DNA from: an uncultured Coriobacteriaceae bacterium
GTDB taxonomy: Bacteria; Actinomycetota; Coriobacteriia; Coriobacteriales; Eggerthellaceae
DNA: 57,013 nucleotides
Direction of reading: 5' to 3'
Assembly: GCA_900552365.1 (NCBI GenBank)
Contig: URZP01000001.1
Location: 1 to 57,013 of the forward strand
Made by a program: the position numbers and the translations under genes. Below the pieces are notes generated by a model, which made no database searches, was not told the origin of the DNA, and saw only the letters and a program-made list of their open reading frames with translations. Of the stretch, positions 1-10,100 are shown one piece after another (position 1 is the first letter of the stretch; the number at the start of each line of letters is the position of its first letter).

Positions 1-1
1 C

Positions 2-1075
2 CTTTCAGAACGTTTTGCCGTGCTGTTCGAAAAGGTTCTATCGTCTTTCGATCCGTCAGAGACGCCTCTTGTGGTTCTTTCGCATACGCCGGTTGAGGAT
101 TGGCATCGTCCGGATACCCCGCTTGGCGATGCTATATATGTGAATGGACACACCCACCATCAGGAGTTTCTAGATGCCCCCCAAGGTCCTACGATTCTTG
201 CGAACAACCAGATAGGGTATGTGAAAGATGAAAGGGAAGTTCAAGGGATTAATGCATTTTGTTATCGCGTAACATATAAGAGCTACGAACCCCTAAAAGA
301 CATCGAAGATGGCATACGCAAAATAACAAAGCAGGAATACGCCCTGTATTTGAAGTGGTCTGGTGAACACTCCGAAGGATGCTCGTATCCAGGTGATCTG
401 TGGGTTATTCAGAATGAGGGCTATCGGATGTTCGTCTTGGAGACGTCTAGAAGCCGTTCTCTCTTGAACAAGGGTCAGCGAGTAGGGCCCTTAAAGCACC
501 CTTTAGACTACTATTACGATAATTTACCGAAGTACGCTCGCGCTGCGGAGAGATATACATGCAGGTATTTACAAGCAAGAGGAGAGATTTCAAAGCTGGT
601 GAAGAAGGCGGGGGGATCCGGAAATGAGCATGGCTGCATAGTTGACTTCGATGAATTGACGCATCTATTTTTCAACCCGTATGATGCTTCGCTTCATTGT
701 TATGCAGCAAGTAGCATTGTCTCTAAAAGATACTTCCAGAATTTCAGCAGCATGCTAAATGCTTGCGGTTCGCAAAGCTCAGCCATAAAACGTCGTGCTG
801 CGGAAAAGCTCGATGAGCTGTGCATTGCTGGAGATCATCGCGATTATGAATACTATGAGGGCACTGAGCAATACGCTCTTTCGAACCTGATGATGAAATT
901 AGAGAGGGTCGGGACGAAGCAAATCGTAACGGCATGGAGTGACGATTTGCTCAATAGCTCCCTCGACTCCGTTTTGTTGAAAACGGGTCTTATGCGGATA
1001 ACGGGAGATGCCAAACCCCACGAGAATTGCGGGTCGCAAAGAGGAGGTCACCAAGCCGCTTTGCCTGAAAACTAG
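2..1075 (+). CDS. Metallophosphoesterase-family protein, 5'-truncated by the window edge, with a roughly 270-aa C-terminal region of unknown function
   Basis: The frame is open from position 2, with no stop before the GTG at 20. 'VVLSHTP' and 'VNGHTHHQ' resemble the C-terminal calcineurin-like phosphoesterase motifs. I recognise no motif in the remainder. The gene is markedly AT-richer than the rest of the window. Confidence 0.5.
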   Translation, partial: LSERFAVLFEKVLSSFDPSETPLVVLSHTPVEDWHRPDTPLGDAIYVNGHTHHQEFLDAPQGPTILANNQIGYVKDEREVQGINAFCYRVTYKSYEPLKDIEDGIRKITKQEYALYLKWSGEHSEGCSYPGDLWVIQNEGYRMFVLETSRSRSLLNKGQRVGPLKHPLDYYYDNLPKYARAAERYTCRYLQARGEISKLVKKAGGSGNEHGCIVDFDELTHLFFNPYDASLHCYAASSIVSKRYFQNFSSMLNACGSQSSAIKRRAAEKLDELCIAGDHRDYEYYEGTEQYALSNLMMKLERVGTKQIVTAWSDDLLNSSLDSVLLKTGLMRITGDAKPHENCGSQRGGHQAALPEN

Positions 1076-1545
1076 CGCTTGCCGCAGGTCGCGTTGGCGG
1101 CTTCTTGCGCGATGCCCTCTTTCAGGGGGATGAGATTGGCGAACGAAGTCCGAGCCAAGTCGGCCAGCGTGACGCCGTCGACGTAGTTCTCGATGACCTC
1201 GTCAAGGCCTGCCCAGAACGCCACGGTGGAGCACATGCTTTCGCGCGGGCACATGTCGTCAAGGCCCGCGCATGCAACGGGGGCAGTGGTGCCCTCGGCG
1301 GCGCGGATGACGTCGCCGGCCTTGATATCGCCAGCTTCGCGTGCCAGGCGGTACCCGCCGCCGTGTCCGCGCACGCTTGCAAGCAGCTCGGCTTTCACCA
1401 GCGTGTGCGCGAGCTGTTCCAGGTATTTCAGCGAGATGTTCTCGGAATCGGCCACCTGGCGCAGCGTGACTTTTGCGCCTTCACCCGAGGCGGCAACGAA
1501 AATCATAAGGCGCAGCGCATAGCGACCTTTACTGGTGATGAGCAT
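1072..1545 (-). CDS. Rrf2-family transcriptional regulator (IscR-like, with three clustered Cys for an Fe-S cluster)
   Basis: The N-terminus 'MLITSKGRYALRLM...LKYLEQL' is a typical Rrf2 winged helix. 'CAGLDDMCPRESMC' matches the IscR-type Cys spacing. The gene is divergent from the suf operon. Confidence 0.85.
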   Translation of the reverse strand: MLITSKGRYALRLMIFVAASGEGAKVTLRQVADSENISLKYLEQLAHTLVKAELLASVRGHGGGYRLAREAGDIKAGDVIRAAEGTTAPVACAGLDDMCPRESMCSTVAFWAGLDEVIENYVDGVTLADLARTSFANLIPLKEGIAQEAANATCGKR

Positions 1546-1646
1546 TCGTTTCGCCCCTTTTTCGGCCGGTTCGTGGACTTTCAGAAGCGGTCCCTATCTG
1601 CGGTTTGCCCGCATTGCGACGCGGGTTGTTCGCCTACCGCTTAATT

Positions 1647-1661
1647 CTAGTATTTTACTAG
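1647..1661. promoter_or_regulatory. Perfect 15-bp palindrome CTAGTATTTTACTAG in the Rrf2/sufC divergent intergenic region (candidate Rrf2 operator)
   Basis: The inverted repeat CTAGTA-TTT-TACTAG was read directly. It sits just upstream of a TTGACT box. Confidence 0.4.
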
Positions 1662-1668
1662 GGAAAGG

Positions 1669-1696
1669 TTGACTATTCCCCCATGAAGCCTATCTT
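1669..1696 (+). promoter_or_regulatory. Candidate sigma70-type promoter of the suf operon
   Basis: TTGACT lies at 1669-1674 and TATCTT at 1691-1696, with a 16-nt spacer. This is about 50 nt upstream of the sufC ATG. Confidence 0.35.
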
Positions 1697-1745
1697 AAAC
1701 CCTAGTCAATTTATAGAGTTTCACGATTAGAACAGGAAAAGCCAA

Positions 1746-2504
1746 ATGACGAGAGATGCTTTGCTGGCTATTCAAAACCTCTCCGCTTCCGTGGATGAGA
1801 AACCCATCCTCGACGGCGTCAACCTTGAAGTCGCGCAGGGCGAGGTTCATGTTCTCATGGGCCCCAACGGCGCTGGCAAGTCCACCATGGGCCACGTTGC
1901 CATGGGCGACCCCACGTACACCGTCACCGACGGCAAGATCATCTTCGACGGCGTCGACATCACCGACCTTACCCCCGACAAGCGCTCGCGCGCAGGCCTG
2001 TTCCTGAGCTTTCAGGCGCCGGTCGAGATCCCTGGCGTGCCGCTGTCCAGTTTCCTTCGCGCAACCCTCGAGGGCCGCGAGGGCATGAAGATGAAGAACA
2101 AGGAGTTCCGCAAGCGCATCAAGTCGCTGGCCGAGGAGCTTGACTTCGGCACCGAGTGGCTCGACCGCGAGCTGGGCGTTGGCTTTTCGGGCGGCGAGAA
2201 GAAGAAGGTCGAGATGCTCCAGCTGCTTCTTCTGCAGCCGAAGCTGGCCATCCTTGACGAAACCGACTCGGGCCTCGATGTCGACGCTCTGTCCGTCGTT
2301 TCGAAGGGCATGGAGGCTTACCGCGAGTCCTGCGACGGCACCCTGCTCATCATCACGCACAACACGCGCATTCTCGAGCACCTTGATGTCGACCGCGTCC
2401 ACGTCATGCTGGGCGGCCATATCGTCGCCGAGGGCGATGCCGACATGATCGCAAACATCGACGCCAACGGCTTCGAGCAGTTCATGACCGACGCCCAGAA
2501 CTAA
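1746..2504 (+). CDS. sufC: Fe-S cluster assembly ATPase SufC
   Basis: Walker A 'GPNGAGKST', the ABC signature 'FSGGEKKK' and 'LAILDETDSGLD' are present. It is the first gene of the sufCBDSU order. Confidence 0.95.
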   Translation: MTRDALLAIQNLSASVDEKPILDGVNLEVAQGEVHVLMGPNGAGKSTMGHVAMGDPTYTVTDGKIIFDGVDITDLTPDKRSRAGLFLSFQAPVEIPGVPLSSFLRATLEGREGMKMKNKEFRKRIKSLAEELDFGTEWLDRELGVGFSGGEKKKVEMLQLLLLQPKLAILDETDSGLDVDALSVVSKGMEAYRESCDGTLLIITHNTRILEHLDVDRVHVMLGGHIVAEGDADMIANIDANGFEQFMTDAQN

Positions 2505-2513
2505 GGGGCAACC

Positions 2514-3923
2514 ATGGTAAAGCAACGTACCGAAGTCGCCGACATCGATCGTAGCCTGTACGATTTCCGCTACGACGACAACGACGCCGAGAAGCTTGAT
2601 GCGGGCCTGACGCCCGACATCGTGCGCGAGATTTCCGCGAAGAAAGACGAGCCCGAGTGGATGCTCGAGCATCGTCTGAAGTCGCTTGAGATTTACAACT
2701 CCATGCCCGTTTCCGACTGGGGTCCTTCCATCGCCGGCCTGGACATGGACAACATCATCACTTACGTAAAGCCCAACACCGAGCAGAAGAGCGACTGGGA
2801 AAGCGTCCCCGAAAACATCAAGGACACCTTCGAGCGTCTGGGCATTCCCCAAGCCGAGCGCTCCTACCTGGCTGGCGTTGGCGCTCAGTACGACTCCGAG
2901 CTGGTCTATCACTCCATGCAGGACTCCGCTGCCAAGCTTGGCATTGTGTACTCCGGCATCGAGGAGGCCCTTCACGGCGAGTACGCCGAGCTCATCCACG
3001 AGAAGTTCATGACGCTCATCACGCCTGAGGATCACAAGTTCGCCGCCCTTCATGGCGCTGTGTGGTCGGGTGGCTCGTTCGTGTACGTGCCGAAGGGCAC
3101 CAAGCTCGACTACCCGCTGCAAAGCTACTTCCGTCTGAACGCGAAGGGCGCCGGCCAGTTCGAGCACACGCTCATCATCGTCGAGGATGAGGCCGACTTG
3201 CACTTCATCGAGGGCTGCAGTGCCCCGAAGTACAACGTGGCTAACCTGCATGCAGGCGCCGTCGAGCTGTTCGTCGGCAAGAACGCGCACCTGCGCTACT
3301 CGACCATCGAGAACTGGTCGAAGAACATGTACAACCTGAATACTAAGCGCTCCATCGTCGACGAGGGCGGCGAGATCGAGTGGATCTCGGGTTCGTTCGG
3401 CAGTCATGTCGGCTACTTGTACCCCATGAGCATCCTGAACGGCCGCAAGGCGAAGTCCAGCTTCACGGGCATCACATTCGCCGGCCAGGGTCAGAACCTT
3501 GACACGGGCTGCAAAGTTGTTCTGAACGCCCCTGAAACCTCGGCGTTCATCGAGACTAAGTCCATCTCAAAGAGCGGTGGCATCTCCACGTTCCGCAGCT
3601 CGGTTGTCGCAACCCCGAAGGCAACGGGTTCGAAGGCAAGCGTTTCGTGTCAGTCCCTCATGCTGGATGACACCAGCCGCTCCGACACCATTCCCGCAAT
3701 GGACATTCGTTGCAAGAACGTCGACGTGGGACACGAGGCCACTATCGGCCGCATCGGCGACGACAAGGTCTTCTACCTGATGAGTCGCGGTCTTTCCGAA
3801 GAGGAAGCCCGCACCATGATCGTCAACGGCTTCGCGGAGCCCGTTTCCAAGGAGCTGCCGCTTGAGTATGCCGTTGAGATGAACAACCTGATCAAACTCG
3901 AGATGGAGGGGGCAATCGGCTAA
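2514..3923 (+). CDS. sufB: Fe-S cluster assembly scaffold SufB
   Basis: The 469-aa product carries typical SufB motifs ('FIEGCSAP', 'GHEATIGRI', 'FYLMSRGL'). Confidence 0.95.
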   Translation: MVKQRTEVADIDRSLYDFRYDDNDAEKLDAGLTPDIVREISAKKDEPEWMLEHRLKSLEIYNSMPVSDWGPSIAGLDMDNIITYVKPNTEQKSDWESVPENIKDTFERLGIPQAERSYLAGVGAQYDSELVYHSMQDSAAKLGIVYSGIEEALHGEYAELIHEKFMTLITPEDHKFAALHGAVWSGGSFVYVPKGTKLDYPLQSYFRLNAKGAGQFEHTLIIVEDEADLHFIEGCSAPKYNVANLHAGAVELFVGKNAHLRYSTIENWSKNMYNLNTKRSIVDEGGEIEWISGSFGSHVGYLYPMSILNGRKAKSSFTGITFAGQGQNLDTGCKVVLNAPETSAFIETKSISKSGGISTFRSSVVATPKATGSKASVSCQSLMLDDTSRSDTIPAMDIRCKNVDVGHEATIGRIGDDKVFYLMSRGLSEEEARTMIVNGFAEPVSKELPLEYAVEMNNLIKLEMEGAIG

Positions 3924-5185
3924 TGGAGGCAATTGTTTTCGATAAAGCCAACGCAATGCCCGCTCCGACGTGGCATCGCATGAAAACCAGCAGCACCACC
4001 ATCGAGATCCCCGCGGGTCTTGACGAGGCATACGCTGTTTCCGTTTCGGCAACCGACGGTGCGTTCGGCGAACCCGACGCGTTCGAGGCGGCCATCGCTT
4101 CGGCTCAGGCTGCATGGGAAGAAACCCACACTGAGCCGTACCTGACTACCGCACGCGTCGACGAGGCCAAAAACGATGACGACGGCCTGTACGGCGGCAC
4201 CGCGCTTTCCCGTTATCAGGCGGCGTCCGATGCCGTGGGCGAATCGCGCAGCCTTGCTGTCGCGTTCGAAACCGGCATCAGCACCGAGGTGTATTCCTTC
4301 ATGCGCGAGTACGCCGACGAACCTGTGGTCATCACCGCTTCGGCCGGCAAGTCGGTTAAGGCTACCCTTGACGTCACGGGCGTCGACGGGGCCATGAACT
4401 TTGCCGCGGTCGACGTCGTGGCCGGCGCTGGCTCCGACGTCACGCTCATCCTGAACGTCGATTCCCCCGATGGGGGCACCGGCGTGGTGGGCACGTCCGT
4501 TCGCGCCTTCGCCGATTCCGACGCGTCCATCCGCATTGTTCGCACTCAGACGCTTGACGACGGCTGGATCGACCTTGACGACATGGGTCTTTTCACCTGG
4601 GACGACGCAAAAATCGACGTGCGTCAGACCATCCTGGGCGCAAGCAACACCTTCACGGGCATCGGCGGCGATATCCGCGGCAATCGTTCGCGCATGGGCA
4701 TCGAGGCACGCTACCTGGGTCATGGCGAACAGGTTCACGACATCAACTACACCCTGCGCCACAATGGCGTGAAGACGCAGTGCAACATCAACTCCAACGG
4801 CGTTCTTGCTGGTAAAAGCAAGAAAACCCTGCGCGGCACCATCGACTTCGTCCGTGGCTGCAAGGGCGCTGAAGGCACCGAGCATGAAACCGTCCTGCTT
4901 GTCGACGACGACGTCGAGAACAAGTCGGTCCCTGTCATTCTATGCAACGAGGACGACGTCGCAGGCAATCACGGTGCGGCTATCGGCCACGTTCGCCCCG
5001 AGCAGATGTTCTATCTGGCAAGCCGTGGTCTTTCGCAGGAGGCGGCCGAGCAGATGTTCGTCCGCGCTATGCTCGAGCAGGCCGCAATCGATGCTCCTGA
5101 CCAGGCAAGCCGCGAGGGCGTTCTTCGTCTGGCAATCACGCTGGTCGACGGCTTCGACGCCGATTTCCTTGAAGAGGAGGCCTAA
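3923..5185 (+). CDS. sufD: Fe-S cluster assembly protein SufD
   Basis: The C-terminal beta-helix is a SufB paralogue ('AGNHGAAIGHVRPEQMFYLASRGL'). Its ATG overlaps the sufB stop by 1 nt. Confidence 0.9.
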   Translation: MEAIVFDKANAMPAPTWHRMKTSSTTIEIPAGLDEAYAVSVSATDGAFGEPDAFEAAIASAQAAWEETHTEPYLTTARVDEAKNDDDGLYGGTALSRYQAASDAVGESRSLAVAFETGISTEVYSFMREYADEPVVITASAGKSVKATLDVTGVDGAMNFAAVDVVAGAGSDVTLILNVDSPDGGTGVVGTSVRAFADSDASIRIVRTQTLDDGWIDLDDMGLFTWDDAKIDVRQTILGASNTFTGIGGDIRGNRSRMGIEARYLGHGEQVHDINYTLRHNGVKTQCNINSNGVLAGKSKKTLRGTIDFVRGCKGAEGTEHETVLLVDDDVENKSVPVILCNEDDVAGNHGAAIGHVRPEQMFYLASRGLSQEAAEQMFVRAMLEQAAIDAPDQASREGVLRLAITLVDGFDADFLEEEA

Positions 5186-5188
5186 GTC

Positions 5189-6439
5189 ATGGCATACCTG
5201 GTAAACGGTGTGGACATCGAGGCCAACCCGTACAAGAAGGACTTCCCGCTGTTCGGCCGTCATCCCGAGGTGGCGTTCCTTGACAGCGCCGCCACGGCTC
5301 AGCGCCCGGCTGCGGTGCTTGACGCTCAGCGCGAGTTCTACGAAACCATGAACGCCAACCCGCTGCGCGGTCTGTACGAGCTTTCCTACGAGGCCACCAA
5401 CGCCATCAACGACGCGCGAAAGCACATCGCTCGTTTCATCGGCGCGGGCGAGGACAACTGGCACGACATCGTTTTGTGCCGCAACACCTCCGAGGCCTTG
5501 AACCTGATCTCATTCTCGCTTTCCGAGATGGTGCTCAAGCCCGGCGACGAGGTTTGCATCACCATCATGGAGCATCATTCCAACTGCGTGCCATGGCAGC
5601 TTGCTTGCAAGCGCCATGGCGCCAAGCTGGTGTACATGTATCTTGACGAGGAAGGTCATCTGACCGAACAGGAGATGCGCGCGAAGATCGGCCCGAAGAC
5701 CAAGATCGTTTCCGCCATGCAGGTGTCGAACGTCTTGGGTGTTAAGAACGACGTCAAGCTGCTGGGTCAGATCGCCCACGAGTTCGGTGCGTACATGGTC
5801 GTCGACGGCGCTCAAAGCGTGCCGCATATGCCCGTGAACGTGACCGATCTTGACTGCGATTTCTTCGCCTTCAGCGGCCATAAGGTGTTCGGTCCCATGG
5901 GCATCGGCATCTTGTGGGGCAAGCACGAGCTGCTTGATGCAATGCCCCCGTTTCTGACGGGCGGCGAGATGATCGACTCCGTGTCCGAGCAGAGCGCCGT
6001 TTGGGCGCCCGTGCCCGAGAAGTTCGAGGCAGGCACGCAGGACGCTGCGGGCGCTTACGCCCTGGGCGCCGCGCTTACCTACGTCGAGCAGGTAGGTTGG
6101 GAGGCCATGCAGTCCCGTGAGGCCGCGCTGACCAAGTACTGCTTCGACGAGCTTTCGAAGCTCGACTTCATCAGCATTTACGGCCCCAAGGACCCCGCCG
6201 AGCACCATGGCGTTATCAGCTTCAACGTGAAGAACGTCCACCCGCACGACGTGTCGGGCATTCTTGATAGCGTTCACGTTGCCATTCGCGCCGGCCATCA
6301 CTGCGCGCAGCCGCTTATGTCCCAGCTGGGCTGCATGTCGAACTGCCGCGCGTCCATGGCCTTCTACAATGACAAAGCCGATATCGATCAGCTGATCGAC
6401 GGCCTGAAACTGGTTTGGAGCATGTTTGATGGCATCTAA
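5189..6439 (+). CDS. sufS: Cysteine desulfurase SufS (class II aminotransferase V)
   Basis: 'SGHKVFGPMGIG' marks the PLP lysine region and 'RAGHHCAQP' the active-site Cys loop. Confidence 0.95.
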   Translation: MAYLVNGVDIEANPYKKDFPLFGRHPEVAFLDSAATAQRPAAVLDAQREFYETMNANPLRGLYELSYEATNAINDARKHIARFIGAGEDNWHDIVLCRNTSEALNLISFSLSEMVLKPGDEVCITIMEHHSNCVPWQLACKRHGAKLVYMYLDEEGHLTEQEMRAKIGPKTKIVSAMQVSNVLGVKNDVKLLGQIAHEFGAYMVVDGAQSVPHMPVNVTDLDCDFFAFSGHKVFGPMGIGILWGKHELLDAMPPFLTGGEMIDSVSEQSAVWAPVPEKFEAGTQDAAGAYALGAALTYVEQVGWEAMQSREAALTKYCFDELSKLDFISIYGPKDPAEHHGVISFNVKNVHPHDVSGILDSVHVAIRAGHHCAQPLMSQLGCMSNCRASMAFYNDKADIDQLIDGLKLVWSMFDGI

Positions 6440-6863
6440 CATCTACACCGCGGCTCTTATGGAGCACAACGCGCACCCCGACTACAAGTACGACATTCAG
6501 GACGCTGACTTCGAGCACGAGGGCATCAACCCCAGCTGCGGCGACGAGATGGTCCTGAAGCTGAAGGTTGCCGACGGCGTCATCACCGAGGCTGCGTTCA
6601 CCGGCCACGGCTGCGCTGTCTCGCAGGCTTCCGCCGACATCATGGCCGACCTCATCACCGGTGAGACCGTCGAGGAGGCCAAGCGCCTGAGCGGCCTGTT
6701 CATCGGCATGATCCAGGGTAAGGAACTTTCCGACGACGATCGCGAGGACTTGGACGAGGCTGCCGAGCTCGAGAGCATTTCCCGCATGCCCGCCCGCGTC
6801 AAGTGCGCCGAGCTTGCATGGCGCACGCTCGATGGAATCATCGAAGAGAACAAGCTGCAGTAA
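6426..6863 (+). CDS. sufU: SufU-type (IscU-like) sulfur acceptor/scaffold
   Basis: Three conserved Cys contexts are present: 'NPSCGD', 'GHGCAVS' and 'RVKCAEL'. The gene overlaps the sufS 3' end. Confidence 0.9.
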   Translation: MMASNIYTAALMEHNAHPDYKYDIQDADFEHEGINPSCGDEMVLKLKVADGVITEAAFTGHGCAVSQASADIMADLITGETVEEAKRLSGLFIGMIQGKELSDDDREDLDEAAELESISRMPARVKCAELAWRTLDGIIEENKLQ

Positions 6864-6929
6864 TTCACCTGCAGTGACTCGCAGCTCGCCGATGCGCAGC
6901 GAGCGCTTCGCATGCTGTTTGAATCCGAG

Positions 6930-6965
6930 CGGCCCGTTCCCCCGCGATGGGAGGCGGGCCGTTTT
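6930..6965 (+). terminator. Rho-independent terminator after sufU
   Basis: A 7-bp stem CGGCCCG/CGGGCCG is followed by TTTT. Confidence 0.55.
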
Positions 6966-7107
6966 GCGTGCCGCCGCATGGTCCGATCATGTGCGCCCTT
7001 CCTTGAACCTCGCGTAAGCTTCCGCCGATTAGCCGTGCCCTCTACGCCGTGTTGTGCGAGAATAAGCCTCGACTAATACGAGCGAGTTTTTTCACGAGGT
7101 ACCATTC

Positions 7108-10100
7108 ATGCCGGCGCAATTCAACATCAGCGCGGCGGATCCGCATGCCGTCTCCCAGCTGCAGGGACATTTCGGATTGCCGCATTTCATCGCGACCACC
7201 ATGGCAAGCAGGGGAATAACCACCGTCGAGAAGGCGGAGCGGTTTTTGTCCCCATCGCTTGAGCGCGATTGGCTTGACCCATACCTTATCCCGCAAATCG
7301 ACAAAGTGGCCGATGCTCTTGAGGCCGCCGTCCGCGAGCACAAGCACATCGTGGTGTACGGCGACTTCGACGTTGACGGCATCTCGGCAACTGCCGTGCT
7401 CACACGCGGCTTGCGCACGCTGGGCGGTCATGTCACGCCGTTCATCCCGCGCCGTTTCGACGAGGGCTACGGCCTTTCCGCCGTGGCGTTCGAGCGCGTT
7501 CGCAAGCTCGATCCCGAGGTCATCGTCACGGTTGACTGCGGTATTTCCAGCAAGGTTGAAGTGGCCGACATCGTGGCGCAGGGCGTCGATGTGGTGATCA
7601 CCGACCACCACGAGCCCGCCGATTTGGTGCCCGATGGCGTGCCTGTGGCCGATCCTAAGTGCGGCTCGTCGTGTCCCAGCTCCATTCTTGCCGGCGTCGG
7701 CGTGGCGCTGAAGCTTGTCCAGGTGATGGGCGGCCGCTTCGGTTTTCCGCATTTGTGGCGCGACTACACCGACCTTGCCACCTTGGGCACGGTTGCCGAC
7801 CTTATGCCCATGCGCGACGAGAATCGCGCGCTGGTCAGCGACGGCCTTAAGCACATCAACGCGTCCCCGCGTCCCTGCATTGCGGCCCTTCTGGGCCGCT
7901 CGGGTGCGGCGGGCAAGCAGGTCACCGCAACCAACCTTAGTTTCTCGCTGATTCCGCGTTTGAACGCCGCCGGCCGCATGGGCGATGCGCAAATCGCCCT
8001 CGACCTGCTGATGACCGACGATTTCGATGAGGCATGCAAGCTTGCCGCCGAGCTTGAGACCGTGAACGACCGCCGCCGCGCAATCGAGGCCGAGCTTTCC
8101 GAGGTGGCTCGCGAGAAGGCCGCCGCCGTCTACCATGGCCAGCGTGTGCTGGTGGTGGCGGGCGAGGGCTGGCACGAGGGCGTGAAGGGCATCGTTGCCA
8201 GCCGCTTGGTGCACACTTACGGCGTTCCGTGCTTGCTGTTCACCATCGATGGCGACGAGGCGCGCGGAAGCGGCCGCACGGTTGGCCAGGTGAATCTGTT
8301 CGATGCCGTTGCTTCGACCGAAGACCTGCTCACCCGCTTCGGCGGCCATGGCGCCGCTGTGGGTGTCACGCTTCCTGTTGCGAACTTGGAAGAGTTCACC
8401 AAGCGCCTGTGCGATTACATGGACCAACTTCCTGAAGACGCGTTCCACCCGCTTATCGAGATCGACTCGATGGTCTCGCTTGACGAGCTGACCATCGAGA
8501 ACGTCGAGCTGATGGAGAAGTTGGCCCCGTTCGGCCAGGAAAACCGCGTGCCTTGCCTGTTGGCACGCGACGTCACCATGGCGAACTGCCGCGCGGTGGG
8601 CGCCGAGAAGAACCATTTCTCGTGCGCGCTTTCCGATGGCACGAACCGCGTGTCGGGCATTATGTTCCATTGCAATGACATCGATGAGCTCATGAAAACC
8701 TGCAACGTGGTGAATGCCGCGTTCGAGGTTCAGATTGACGAATGGCGCGGCCGTCGCACGGTGAAGGCCATGTTGAAGTCGCTTTCGCCCGCCGGCATGT
8801 GCGGCGCTCTTGCGGCCACGCTTGACCCGGGCAACACGCGTTTCGTCACCAGCCTGTTCGCCGCAAGCGACGAATCGCTGTGCGAGGACTGCATCGAAAG
8901 CTCGTCTGCCATCGAGGCGTACGAGGCCGATCGCACTTCGAACCGCGAGAAGTGGCAGCGCCGCGCGCAAAGCAATCCCGCCAAGCTGGAATCCGACATC
9001 ATCGGTGCCCTGATCGGCGACGGCTCGCTGCATGATTCGCAGCGCGAGGTGCTTGACCTGTTGGGCGAAGGCAAGTCGGTCATGGCCGTTATGGCCACAG
9101 GTCGCGGCAAATCGCTTACTTTCCATGTGCATGCCGCGATGACGGCGCTGCGCGATGGCAAGGCAAGCCTGTTCGTGTACCCGCTGCGTGCTCTTATCAC
9201 CGATCAGTCGTTCCACCTGAACGATGCGCTTTCCCGTTTCGGCCTTCAGATTGACGTGCTTACTGGCGAAAGCACCCCGAAGGAGCGCGAACACATTTAC
9301 CGCGCCATCGCCGACGGCTCAACCGACATGGTGCTGACCACGCCCGAGTTCTTGGAATACCACGTTGACGAGCTTGCCGTGGGCGATAGGTTCGGTTTCG
9401 TCGTGGTTGACGAGGCGCACCACATCGCGCAGTACCGTAACGGCAGCCGCGAGGCTTACGGCACCATTGGCAAGTCCATCGAGCGTTTGGGCAGCCCCAC
9501 GGTGCTGGCTCTTACCGCAACCGCCGACGGAAACGTGGCGCGTGACATCGCATCCATTCTGCCCATCGAGGCATGCGTTTTCGACCGAACCGCCCGTACC
9601 AACTTGGTGGTTGACGACAGGCGCGGCATGCGCGCCCGCGAGGACTACCTGGCGAAACTGGTGGCCACCGGCGAGAAGACCGTCGTGTATGTCAGCTCGC
9701 GCGAGCGTTCGATCACCGTTGCGCGCATCCTTCGCTCGAAGGTTGGCCAGCTTGCGCCGATGATCGGTTTCTACAACGCGGGCCTCGACCGCGCCGAGCG
9801 CACGCGCATCGAGGAGATGTTCCGCTCGGGCGCGCTTTCGGTTCTGGTGTCCACGTCTGCGTTCGGCGAAGGCGTGAACATCCCCGACATCAGGCACGTC
9901 GTGCTGTTCAATATGCCGTTCAACGAGATCGAGTTCAACCAGATGAGCGGCCGCGCGGGCCGCGACGGGCGCGAATCGTTCGTTCACCTGTTGTACAACC
10001 GCGGCGACGCCCAGCTGAACGAGACGGCGCTTGCCGGGGCGACGCCAGACCGCGACGTGCTGGTGCAGGTGTACCGCTATCTAACCGCGCGTCAGCGCAA

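Noticed and set aside
1695-3407. A 570-aa minus-strand ORF overlapping sufC and sufB.
   Set aside because: It lies antisense to two genes with unmistakable Suf motifs. Its translation is low-complexity (rich in L/V/A/G/D/H) with no recognisable motifs. It is a typical stop-free antisense frame of high-GC coding DNA.
7042-9294. A 750-aa minus-strand ORF opposite recJ.
   Set aside because: It lies antisense to a gene with clear DHH/DHHA1 motifs. Its composition is Arg/Ala/His-rich and it has no motifs, so it is a high-GC artefact. The same reasoning applies to 9319-9987 and 10081-11256.
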